Source: Diplonema japonicum (Eukaryota; Protista; Euglenozoa: Diplonemea). From it: a DNA stretch of 64,000 nt. Each line of letters opens with the position of its first letter. Positions within the stretch are counted from its first letter, which is position 1. Shown here in pieces: positions 54,523-64,000 of the stretch. Where the stretch lies: contig OZ025722.1 in NCBI GenBank assembly GCA_964019335.1, forward strand, positions 1-64,000. The letters are read 5' to 3'. The notes under the pieces are model-generated. The model was not told where the DNA came from and ran no database searches. It saw only the letters and a list, made by a program, of their open reading frames with translations. The translations under genes were made by a program, and so were the position numbers.

Positions 54523-57500
54523 ATGCAATATGAAAGGAAGAACCCCCTTGGCGGCCTTGCCTCTCTCATCAAGAAAGGCGGGGGGTTGGTGTACTTTGCA
54601 GAGGCAGAGGGGCGTTTGAGGACCTTGGAGACAATGAGCAAAGAGCACGCCGCGGAGCGAAAGGAAGAAGACACACAACTGGTGCGTGCCATGACAGCTT
54701 TTGCGAAGGAGCTGTTGGAGAGGAGCAAATCGGACGCCGCGATGTACAGTCAGAAGGAGAAGCAGCTCACTGTGAAGATGAAGATCACATTGACGAAGTC
54801 TCAGAAGGAGATAGATGACGCTCAGGAGAAGGAGAAGTGCGCTCTCAAGACGCAACACGATTTGGAGAAGAAAATCCTCAACTGCACAGAAGACACAGTG
54901 CGGGAGATCAAGATCAGGATAATCAAGGATATGAACAGCTTAACCGAATTGCAGAAGTTGCAAGCCATGCGTGTGCACCATGGAGGTGCCCCCAACCTCA
55001 CAACAGCGTGCTCGAACTGCTACAGCAAGTATCATAACGAGGAGGGGTTACAGACCGACCCTATCAAGAAGCTCCGCACGCGGTGCGAACTGTTATCCGA
55101 AATGAACAACTTACTGCAAGTGGAACTAGACTCGCTCAGCTCGTTCGTTAAAGCACAAGAGGCTACCATGGAGAAGCTATACCGTTCGAACAGCAGACAG
55201 ATTCCTAACTTCTTTGGAAACGACAGTGAGCCCACGAAGACTCTCTGTGCTCCGGTGCCGCTCCAAAATGGAGTTGCTCAATCTCCCAGGATCAACGTTG
55301 AAGTACCCAATGTCCAAATGCAAAGCAACGCAGCCCTCGCAATGAGCTTCAGCACTATCAAGACTAAGCTGGGCAGGCTGAAGGGGGAACTCGCACAGCT
55401 GCGCATCAGCATCGTCACAAGCATGGCAAACGTGCAGTCACACTGTGACAGGACTCCTCTCCTGCTCAAAAAATGGATCACAGATTACTGCGGAGGCATC
55501 ACGCTGGGATCTAGCAACCTTCTGGGGCTCAGCCTTGAGCGGTTCGTGCACGGCTGGCACGTGATGGCCCAGCACCACAAGCACTGCTCGAAGTACATCA
55601 CCTATCCACTGCAAGGCGACAGAGGGCTCTACGCGATGCTGCATGCCATCGGGCGAAGTGCAGCAGCACTGCTAACGAAGTTGAATAATGTGTGCAAGAC
55701 GGTGCACGAGTGCGATCCTTGCAGCGAGTCGCAGCAAGAGATGAAGTCCACCCTTCAAGGGATACAATCCATGCTGCGGGACGAGAGCCCCACCATGCAG
55801 GTGGAGCTGCCGAAGTACTTCTTAGAAGGGACCACTCTAGTGCCAGAGATCACGCTACAGGCAACCCCCTTCGACATGAGCGAAGAGGACAGCGACGTGT
55901 ACGAAGCGGTGCTGCAGGCGAGCACCACGTCAGCACGTGACAGAAGCGAGCCTGCGATGCTTATGACGCTTGCGGAACTGGGGCTGCTGCAGGGCAAGCA
56001 GCTGCGCATAACGAACAAGATCAGCCTGGACAAAGGCCGCTGCACGAGGTACACGATAAAAGTATCTGGCAGCTTACACAGCATCAACGTGTGCATTATG
56101 CTGCTCAGGTCCGCACACTTTGCTAGAGACCCTACAATCAGCTTCATGACTAGCCCGATGGAGGTCGCCGAGAGGCCGTACATGCTGACAGAAGATGAGG
56201 CGTACGAAGTGGACAGACAGGCAGAGCTAATGGAGGAGACTTTCCAACTAATGAAAGCGAGAGAATCAAAAGCTGCACAAGAAGAAACACCTGTTGCGCC
56301 GTCTGTAGACTCGCTCTTCCTCAACTCAATACGGGAAGAAGCCAAGAGGCTGTCTGCACCTATCAGACCGCTGAAGAACGCAATGCTACGCACGAGGAAA
56401 GCACACGTGAAGACAGCTACGGTAATAAGCGTTATCTGCTGCGTGGTTTGCAGCCGACCAGAGGAGAAGACCAAAGAAGTCCCAAAGCCTCAAAAACCGA
56501 GAGCGAAGCCGAAGAAAGACGCCCAGGGGCAGACGGACAAGTTAATCACCGAGGACATGGCAACTCAGACACCACCCCCCAGGAAGGGGAAGTCAAGCCA
56601 GCTAAAAGAGATCGCGAAGATGAAGGTTTCTCTCAAACAGAAAGCACCCGCGCAACCAACCCCTTCGAAAGAGAAACAGGAGAAGCAGGTAGAACCACCC
56701 CCGCCAGACGAGGTGAGTACTGTCTCCCCTGCGACACCTGTGAAGGAACCGACGAATGTGACCGCACCACGCCCGGTGCCTGTCTCACGGCGGATAACAA
56801 AAGACGTAGTCGCAGCAGCTGCTTCTGGGGGTGACGCACCTCTCGAAGCAGCATGTGGTGCACCGCCTGCCGATGATTTCTGCGTGGCACGCGTCACCAC
56901 CACCACGCCCCCCTCCGACACCTCAATCCACGACTCGATAGAAGGCGAACCCCGCAAATTGTCGGATTGCAACACAGCCTGCGATGAAGAGAGCGTGCCG
57001 TCCGCACTGAATAGCATGATGACGAGGTTGTCCGAACCAGAAGAGCCATCGACACCCGTGCTGCGCAGGCTGAGGAGCGAATGGAGCGCGCTGTCAGAAG
57101 AACGGGAGGAAGAAGAAGATGAGGAGGAAGAGAGCGACGACATGGGCTACGAGGAAGAGGTGTGCGACACGAAGGTGTCGGTGGCGCTGCAGATCTGCGA
57201 CGAGTGGGACTGGCAAGCAAGCTGGAGGAACGCTGTAGGCCCTAGCAGGAAGCGCCCCGCAGTGTACCTAAGGGAGGGCATCCCAGTGTTCTCAAAGTGC
57301 ACGGACAATGCACATGCAGTGCAGTACTACTACATCGTGGGTGACAGGGTGAGGGTCATGTCCACGGAGACACTAAAGCCGCTGATCGACATGTGCCAGT
57401 TCCTCACATGGGACGGTGTGTACAAGAGAGTGGCCGGGCTGGTGGGAACAGTGATGGGGGGATGGAAGTATCACAACCTGGTGAGGGTCAAGACTGTGAG

Positions 57501-58116
57501 AGGCGTCGTAACGCTGCCAGCGAACTCAGTGGTAGGCTTAAAGGAGGAAGAGTTCAGGTCGGACCCCATCGGGCTTCTGACGCACAAGCTGGAGACGGCA
57601 ACAACGGACTTGGAAGCCACGCAGAAAGCGTTGCAAAGAATCTCAAAAAAAATACACGAATCGGCCAAGGAAGAGAAGCAAGAATTGGAGGAAGTGCTCC
57701 CGCAAATGCTCACTCTTGGGACGGCAGCGCAGCTTCACGTGCCGGAAACAAGAGAGAGTGTAGACCGAGACACGCAGACAGAAGGCTACACAATGCAGAA
57801 TGAGGTCAAGATGGAGCTCTCTGCAAGCTTGCGGAAAATAGAACTTTCCTCGAAGTGCGATTTCACGAGCAAGGATTACATATTGGCAGACAGCCCTGTA
57901 CCGACCCCTCCTCTGTGCCCACCCTTGCAGCCAATTAAACACCACCCGAAGCAGAAGCACTCAAGAGTTTCTCTCAAGCCGCACAAACCTCCTCCCTTCC
58001 ACCATCCGGCGTACATCTTGAAACGCAAGCCCACCCCACCAGACACATATCACCTTCACCCAGAGGATCCCCGGTTGCCCCCGTTGCCGCCATCGGCTGT
58101 TCAGACACCTTATTGA
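54523..58116 (+). CDS. Hypothetical ~1200-aa coiled-coil protein with TQT-like motifs
   Basis: Long ORF; first ATG 54523 just after a CAG; GDRVRV segment suggests a small beta domain; function unassigned. Confidence 0.8.
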   Translation: MQYERKNPLGGLASLIKKGGGLVYFAEAEGRLRTLETMSKEHAAERKEEDTQLVRAMTAFAKELLERSKSDAAMYSQKEKQLTVKMKITLTKSQKEIDDAQEKEKCALKTQHDLEKKILNCTEDTVREIKIRIIKDMNSLTELQKLQAMRVHHGGAPNLTTACSNCYSKYHNEEGLQTDPIKKLRTRCELLSEMNNLLQVELDSLSSFVKAQEATMEKLYRSNSRQIPNFFGNDSEPTKTLCAPVPLQNGVAQSPRINVEVPNVQMQSNAALAMSFSTIKTKLGRLKGELAQLRISIVTSMANVQSHCDRTPLLLKKWITDYCGGITLGSSNLLGLSLERFVHGWHVMAQHHKHCSKYITYPLQGDRGLYAMLHAIGRSAAALLTKLNNVCKTVHECDPCSESQQEMKSTLQGIQSMLRDESPTMQVELPKYFLEGTTLVPEITLQATPFDMSEEDSDVYEAVLQASTTSARDRSEPAMLMTLAELGLLQGKQLRITNKISLDKGRCTRYTIKVSGSLHSINVCIMLLRSAHFARDPTISFMTSPMEVAERPYMLTEDEAYEVDRQAELMEETFQLMKARESKAAQEETPVAPSVDSLFLNSIREEAKRLSAPIRPLKNAMLRTRKAHVKTATVISVICCVVCSRPEEKTKEVPKPQKPRAKPKKDAQGQTDKLITEDMATQTPPPRKGKSSQLKEIAKMKVSLKQKAPAQPTPSKEKQEKQVEPPPPDEVSTVSPATPVKEPTNVTAPRPVPVSRRITKDVVAAAASGGDAPLEAACGAPPADDFCVARVTTTTPPSDTSIHDSIEGEPRKLSDCNTACDEESVPSALNSMMTRLSEPEEPSTPVLRRLRSEWSALSEEREEEEDEEEESDDMGYEEEVCDTKVSVALQICDEWDWQASWRNAVGPSRKRPAVYLREGIPVFSKCTDNAHAVQYYYIVGDRVRVMSTETLKPLIDMCQFLTWDGVYKRVAGLVGTVMGGWKYHNLVRVKTVRGVVTLPANSVVGLKEEEFRSDPIGLLTHKLETATTDLEATQKALQRISKKIHESAKEEKQELEEVLPQMLTLGTAAQLHVPETRESVDRDTQTEGYTMQNEVKMELSASLRKIELSSKCDFTSKDYILADSPVPTPPLCPPLQPIKHHPKQKHSRVSLKPHKPPPFHHPAYILKRKPTPPDTYHLHPEDPRLPPLPPSAVQTPY

Positions 58117-58330
58117 GGCCCTTTACTGTGCCATTCTTGGGTTTCCACTCAAATCTCTTTTCCTTCTTTGGTTTTCTGTCCCTCTTTTTGCTGTTTGTTG
58201 CTTCTTTCTATTGTTATTTTACCGCATGCCGAGCACCCCCTCTTCTTTTTTTTGTCGCGCCTTTTGTTGGACGAGGCACCCCCCCCCCACTTTTCTTTTT
58301 TGTACCATTTCATTCACTTCGAAGCTTCCC

Positions 58331-58370
58331 CTCTTTTTTTCTTCTTTCTATTGTTTTCTCTTTAACGCAG
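58331..58370 (+). promoter_or_regulatory. Putative trans-splice acceptor (polypyrimidine tract + CAG)
   Basis: Long Y tract ending TTTAACGCAG, 8 nt before ATG 58379. Confidence 0.55.
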
Positions 58371-58378
58371 TGCCAGGT

Positions 58379-59146
58379 ATGGGCGCGTCGCAAACAACAG
58401 CAAATCTGCAAGACGCTGTTGAAAAGCAAGACCTGAGGCGCCTGAAGGAAGTAGTAAACAAGAGCAGCGATGCCGTCGTGAAGAAATGGCTGCTGGAAGG
58501 AAAGGTGAGGGGGTTTTGCGAGGAAGATGTGTCGAATGTAGGAGTACTGGAGTACTGTGCAGGGGGCTTTTTAGAACCCAAGGTGCTGGAGTGGATGATG
58601 CATGAATTTGTGTCGAGAGGGGTGATCGAGGAGCTGGTCTGCACGGAGCCGCCAGGTTATGTCATGAAGCACGTGCTTGCACCTGCCGTGAGAAGAGATC
58701 TTCTATCTGTGACGAAAGCTCTGCTTTCAGTGACGAAGAAGGTCCCTTCCCTGCTGAACACTGCTGTCTTAACCCGTTACGGAGGGTCGCTCATCCTCTC
58801 CAGCATCGTGCACCTTGCTGCAGAACAGAACGCCATCGCAGTCCTTCCGTGCCTTCTTGACGCTGCCGCGCAGCACCCCCCGCTGCTGTCTTTTCTCCTT
58901 TCCCGTGTTGACGGGGCCGGCAACACGATCCGCTCTGTGGCCACACCCAAAACCCTTCCTATCTTAGAGGAGTACTTCGCACAGCATGCTGCTTGTGGTG
59001 ATGCGGGTGTCGCAGCGGAGCTTGTAGCCATCCTATCGCCCGACAGCACTGTCGAAGAGGTTGTGAAGAACCAGCATCGCGCCAGTAAGGCCAGCAAGAC
59101 AAACTCATGGTTCCAGAAGATCGTCGTGTGGGACAACAACGATTGA
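58379..59146 (+). CDS. Hypothetical protein, possible N-myristoylation and ankyrin-like repeat
   Basis: MGASQT start; SIVHLAAEQN...DGAGNT ankyrin-like segment. Confidence 0.7.
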   Translation: MGASQTTANLQDAVEKQDLRRLKEVVNKSSDAVVKKWLLEGKVRGFCEEDVSNVGVLEYCAGGFLEPKVLEWMMHEFVSRGVIEELVCTEPPGYVMKHVLAPAVRRDLLSVTKALLSVTKKVPSLLNTAVLTRYGGSLILSSIVHLAAEQNAIAVLPCLLDAAAQHPPLLSFLLSRVDGAGNTIRSVATPKTLPILEEYFAQHAACGDAGVAAELVAILSPDSTVEEVVKNQHRASKASKTNSWFQKIVVWDNND

Positions 59147-59365
59147 GGATATTTTACAATAAGCCTCCCCCCCCCACACACACACACGCACACACACACA
59201 CACACACACTTCTATATTTTCTATACAAACGAAAAAAATATATTTTGCCAGTCGTGTAAGCCACAGCAAATATAAAAAAGTAACAGAAAACTATATATTT
59301 TGCCAGTTTTCTTCACATTTCACGAGTGATACCATCGTCACAGGAGGGAGGGGAGGGGGCCTCGC

Positions 59366-60238
59366 ATGGCGTGTGTGAACATCGAGGATGTGGGGTGGTG
59401 GATAGGGGGCGTGGAGGGGCCGCCCGTGAACGACTACGTGCTGAAACGACCTCTGGAGAGCTTTGCAGGAGAGTTGCTGAGGGTGCTGCGAGAACCCGAC
59501 GCAATGCACAGCCCAAGGGGCGCAGGGCTCATCCCCAACACGTACGGCGTGTTCAAGACAGGAACCAAACGGCGATCGACACACGACGACAACCCGCACA
59601 AGCGACGGAAGATGGACGCCCTCATCGCAGCCCTCCCCATAACAGAAGGGTACGCGGAGACCGCCGTCAACCAGGCCTACACACAGTACACAGCCTCTGA
59701 TGGGACAGTAATGGGAGAAGGGTTGTCCAAACTGGAAACCGACCTCGGTTCTGGACCGGGGGGCTATGCGTTCCTCTTTCTTCTGAACATGAAATACTTA
59801 CGGGTCATCACACGGCAGGAATGGCACCAACTCTTTCAGATCCTCAAGGTCAGCAGCCTCGCCTCCGCAGTTGAAAAATGCGAGCACATCCACCAGTTTA
59901 TCCTTACAGAGACTTCCGTCTTGACACAGTACTTCTGTTTCGTGTTTAAGTACACTGATCGGGCGCAGGTACGGGCCTTGGCTCGAGGGGATGCTCAGAG
60001 GCTGTTACTTACTTTAGCGCACCCCCATGCCCACTTTGCGGCCCCTCTGGTCGCATTCTTAGAAGCAGAGCAAGTCAAATGCATGAACTTTGACCAGTGG
60101 AAGAATTTTGTACCTTTCACGATTGAGATTCGACCGGATGCAGAGAACTACAGTGATCTGGACGCGTGGCCGACATTTTACGATAAATTCGTTGCATGGT
60201 ACAAAACAGCTTTCCAAGACCAGGCAATGCAAGATTGA
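59366..60238 (+). CDS. DCN1-like (cullin neddylation, PONY domain) protein
   Basis: C-terminal DQWKNFVPF...NYSDLDAWPTFYDKFVAW matches the DCN1 signature. Confidence 0.85.
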   Translation: MACVNIEDVGWWIGGVEGPPVNDYVLKRPLESFAGELLRVLREPDAMHSPRGAGLIPNTYGVFKTGTKRRSTHDDNPHKRRKMDALIAALPITEGYAETAVNQAYTQYTASDGTVMGEGLSKLETDLGSGPGGYAFLFLLNMKYLRVITRQEWHQLFQILKVSSLASAVEKCEHIHQFILTETSVLTQYFCFVFKYTDRAQVRALARGDAQRLLLTLAHPHAHFAAPLVAFLEAEQVKCMNFDQWKNFVPFTIEIRPDAENYSDLDAWPTFYDKFVAWYKTAFQDQAMQD

Positions 60239-61012
60239 TTTAAAGAAAAAGAGTGTGATTTTTTTTTTTTTTTTTGTTTCATTTACTTCTCATATGGCTC
60301 CTTGTTATTATTATTTCCTGTTTTTTTTTCTTTTTTTTCTTTTTTTTTTTTGTCCAAGAGGTGTTCAAGCTAAACATAGAATGTTTTATGGAGCACATGA
60401 ATAGGGTACGGGAAGAAGGTAAAAAAAAAGTAGTGGAGTGAAGAAATAATGAACAAAAAAAAAAAGAGAGAGAAACAAAGAAGAAGAAGAAAAAGGTTTG
60501 GAGGAGTGTGCAAGGAAGAAAAATTTTTCCCCCCTCCCTCTGTTTTTCTTTTTCACGTTTTAAACACCCGAGCACATGCGTCTAGGTGTACAGAAAAAAA
60601 AAAGGAAAAAAAAAAAAAGGAAAAAAAAAGCCCAGAACACAACTGTAAGGGGTTGTATCCCTGATATTGATAGAACTACTTGCAAGGAATTCGCCATCAG
60701 TAGCATCCACACACACGTCTGTCTGTCGATATCAGTGATCAACACTCTGTTTTCGTGCAGGTTATTTACTTACAATGCAGCGCTCTGTTCCAATCTCCCG
60801 ATTAGTGGACTTCTCCATTCCCATGGCCATCTACCCACGAGTATATAAAAAGAAGAAGAAAAAAAAAAAGTTCCCCCAGTCCTATCTATTTATTATTATT
60901 TTTTTTTTTTGAAAGATTAAAAATAATTTGGATAATTGAAGAGCAAATAATAGGTGGGTGGGAACACAGCACCTGTAAAAAAAAAAAAAAAATTAAAAAA
61001 ATAAAAAATAAA

Positions 61013-63846
61013 ATGGGGAAAAAAGAAGCTAGTGAAAACGTGCAAGTAGTGGTGCGATGCAGGCCCATGAGCAAGAGAGAGGTGGAGCTGAAGACGAAGG
61101 ATGTGGTGACCTCGAGTGTAGCCGACAACCAGGTGGTCGTGAATCTGGACGGGGAGATACCCAAGACGTTCTCCTTCGACCAAATTTACAACAAGCAATT
61201 CTCGCAATACAATATCTACCTGCAGACGATCCACCCCCTGGTGGAGTCGGTGCTTGCTGGCTACAACGCAACAGTTTTCGCCTACGGACAGAGCGGGACA
61301 GGCAAGACACACACCATGACAGGAGTCATAGGGACACCCGAACAGGGTGTCATCCCCAACGCACTCCAACACGTCTTCAACTCCGTTCAAGCAGACCAGG
61401 ACACCGGGTCTAAGAAGCAATACTCCCTCCACGTAAGCTACCTGGAGCTATACAACGGGCGGTGCCGTGATTTGTTAACAGATACTAAAAAGAACCTTGA
61501 GCTTAAAGAGAATGAACATAAACTATTCTACGTTAAGGATCTTGAAAAAGTTGTGGTGACAAGCTCCACAGAGTGCATGCGGCTCATGCTTGAAGGCACG
61601 GCACGGAGAGAGGTCGGATCCACGCACCTGAACCAAGACTCCTCCCGTTCCCACTCTGTCTTCACACTTGAGGTCGCTTGTCATAACACAGAAGAGGAGC
61701 CTGCTACAACAGTTGTGTCAAAGCTCAACCTTGTCGATCTTGCTGGATCCGAGCGGCAGACCAAAACTGCGGCAGAAGGCGACCGTCTGAAAGAAGGCAG
61801 CAACATCAACCTCTCCCTGTCTGCGTTGGGCACAGTCATCGACGTGCTTGTCAAAGGAAAGGGGCACATCCCCTTCCGGTCGTCGCCTCTGACCATGCTC
61901 CTGAAGGACTCCTTGGGCGGCACGTCGCGCACAGTCATGTTCGCCACCATCTCACCTTCCGAGATGAACTCTTCAGAGACGCTTTCCACACTCCGCTTTG
62001 CCGACCGTGCAAAACGTATCAAAAACAAACCACGGGTGCAGATGGACCCGAAGGACGCCCTTATCCAACAGCTGCGTGACGAGGTGTCCACTTTGAAGGC
62101 ACGATGTGGTGGGAAGCTTGATGAGTCCGAAGACGACGCCGTGCGACTCGAGGAGATGCAGGTGGAGGTCTGCAACCTGAAGGAAGAGATCTCCATCCTG
62201 CAGTCCGACATGGGCAAGACAGAGGCGCGCCTTAAGGCCGCCACAGAAGACGCAGAGGCACAACACGTTGTTGTCACGCAGCTCACAGAGGAGCTGAAAC
62301 TGAACAAGGAGACAAGCGACGACAGCACCGTGCAGCTGGTGGCGATGTCCTCGTGTGTGTACAAGTTCATGGCTGGTGTGCTGCCCTCCGCAGTGCTGAA
62401 GGAGTGGAAGGCCCACCTTAAAGGCGTTGACTTCCTTTCCGAGGCCATCCCCACGCAGGCACTGGAGAACGGGCTTGCTAAGGTGACGAAGTTCCTGGGC
62501 AACCCGCACGCAGAGGCAAACAGATGCGACTCTCCAAATGGGAACTACGGCCCGCACACGCCCTCTGTGGGGCTCTCGTCGCCTTTATCGAGCGACGAGC
62601 ATGAGGAGACTCGCAAGAGACGGTCGTCCTCGAAGAAGAGGAAGAAGAAGAAGAGCAGCACACCCATCTCGCCGCCAGACATGGCGGGCGAGTCCAGCCA
62701 CGAACTCCCTGCATCTCTCACACCTGATCAACAATCAGCTGTGGAGGCAGTCATCCAGAACCTCACCCTGGCCTTTGACAAAGAGCGCAAGAAGCTAACA
62801 AAGCAAACCAAAACGTCCGATTCATCGGCAGACTGCGCACGGAATAGAGGCGATCTGATAAGCAAGTTCATGGCGGTGGAGGAGAAATTGGAAGCAGCGC
62901 TTGTGGAAAAGGACGGGACACTGGAGGAGTTAACGAAGAGCAGGGTGATGCTGGAAAAGGTGAAGAAACAAGTGAGCGTGAAGACGCAGCTGGCGGATGA
63001 CCTGAAGAGGGAGACGAGCCGGTTGATGGGGTGCCTGAAGGAAGCAGAGGAAATGGGGAAGAGATCGGTAGAGGAAGCACAGAACAAGCTGATTGCGGAG
63101 AACAACAGACGGCACGAACAGTTGTTGAACCTGCACCAGCAAGAGCTGATGAAGGTGAGGAAGCAGGGCACTGACTCAAAGAAGAAAATCAAGAAGATTA
63201 AAGACGCCAACGGGGAGCTGGAACAGCTGTATGACCAGAAAGTGGTAGAGTACAACCAGCTCATGCGCGACTTCGAAGGGCTAAAAATTCAAAGCATGAA
63301 GAACCTACGGGAACGTGAGGACTCGAAGGATGAGCGACTGTGGCCGGTGAATCAAAACACTATCAAACTGACCTCCATAGCAAGCAACATCATGAAGGGC
63401 CTCAGCGTTGTCACTGCCGCTAACGGTGGAGGGGGACATGGAGGCGGTGAGGAAATCGGAGTCAGACCTGCCAAATCAGCACCTATGCTGGCTACGTACG
63501 GGAAATCTCCCGAGGTCCGAGAAAAAAAAAAAAAAAAAAAAAAAAAAGGAAAACTCAAAACTACAGGTACAAGCGGCGGAAGATGCTCTTCGTCGGCCTA
63601 TGTCAGGGGTAGACACGGCACCTCCACACACCACTTCTATCACGTCATCGGCTCCCTTTGCAAAGCCGCCTCTTCCTGGTCTAGAGCCTTCGTCCCAAGA
63701 TACTCCCGGGGGGTGTGGTCCTGACAAGGTAAAAAGGAAGGAAGAAAAAAAAAAGAAAAAACTGACCACAGATCACGCCGATACCCCCTCAAACCTCGCG
63801 AAGTGGACTCGGTATAGCCGTGCCGGGGAGAAAATATGTGGATTGA
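61013..63846 (+). CDS. N-terminal-motor kinesin (kinesin-2-like); inferred exons 61013-63514, 63567-63728, 63772-63846
   Basis: ENVQVVVRCRP, AYGQSGTGKT, NQDSSRSH, DLAGSER, HIPFR; coiled-coil stalk; the two 3' introns are inferred. Confidence 0.93.
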
Positions 63847-64000
63847 ATGTTTCCCCCCCCCCCCCCCCCCCCCCCTCCGTTGCATTTTTCTTATTTTTTT
63901 CCCCCCTCATTTTTTCTTTTTTTTTATGTTGAGTTCAGTCTTTCTTATTCTTGTTTTTTTTTTTTTTTTTTCTTCTTTTTTTTTTTTTTTTTTCCTTTCA

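Noticed and set aside
56422-56453. 32-nt GTAATA...CAG intron
   Set aside because: Removing it shifts the frame and truncates an otherwise continuous 1200-aa ORF

Overview
Eukaryotic nuclear DNA, most likely from a diplonemid (Euglenozoa). This rests on a 39-nt spliced-leader (SL) exon, AACCAACGATTCTAAAGCTACAGTTTCTGTACTTTATTG, at 10041-10079 (minus), strand-clustered genes and homopolymer-rich intergenic DNA. The left 10 kb is an apparently intact CRE/SLACS-clade non-LTR retrotransposon. It begins exactly at SL +1, carries a separate AlkB-family dioxygenase ORF, 141-bp tandem repeats and a ~2300-aa polyprotein (basic/hydrophobic N-terminus, C2H2 fingers, OTU protease, RT, restriction-like endonuclease, ~690-aa unknown tail). 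Its 3' end abuts a (GCGGGTTT)n array through a composite junction. Next come minus-strand genes (GH18 chitinase, tyrosinase, 2437-aa helical-repeat protein) mixed with piggyBac, MULE and CRE remnants. An ~8.6-kb divergent strand-switch region follows, with nested inverted repeats, CAGTG-ended elements and a CpG-decayed Ingi-like RNase H fragment. A plus-strand cluster follows: GH20 hexosaminidase, PDZ/EF-hand protein, coiled-coil/polyQ proteins, Pho80-like cyclin, DCN1-like protein and kinesin. Four short A-rich GT-AG introns (37-52 nt) can be inferred. All calls come from reading motifs by eye; no searches were run.
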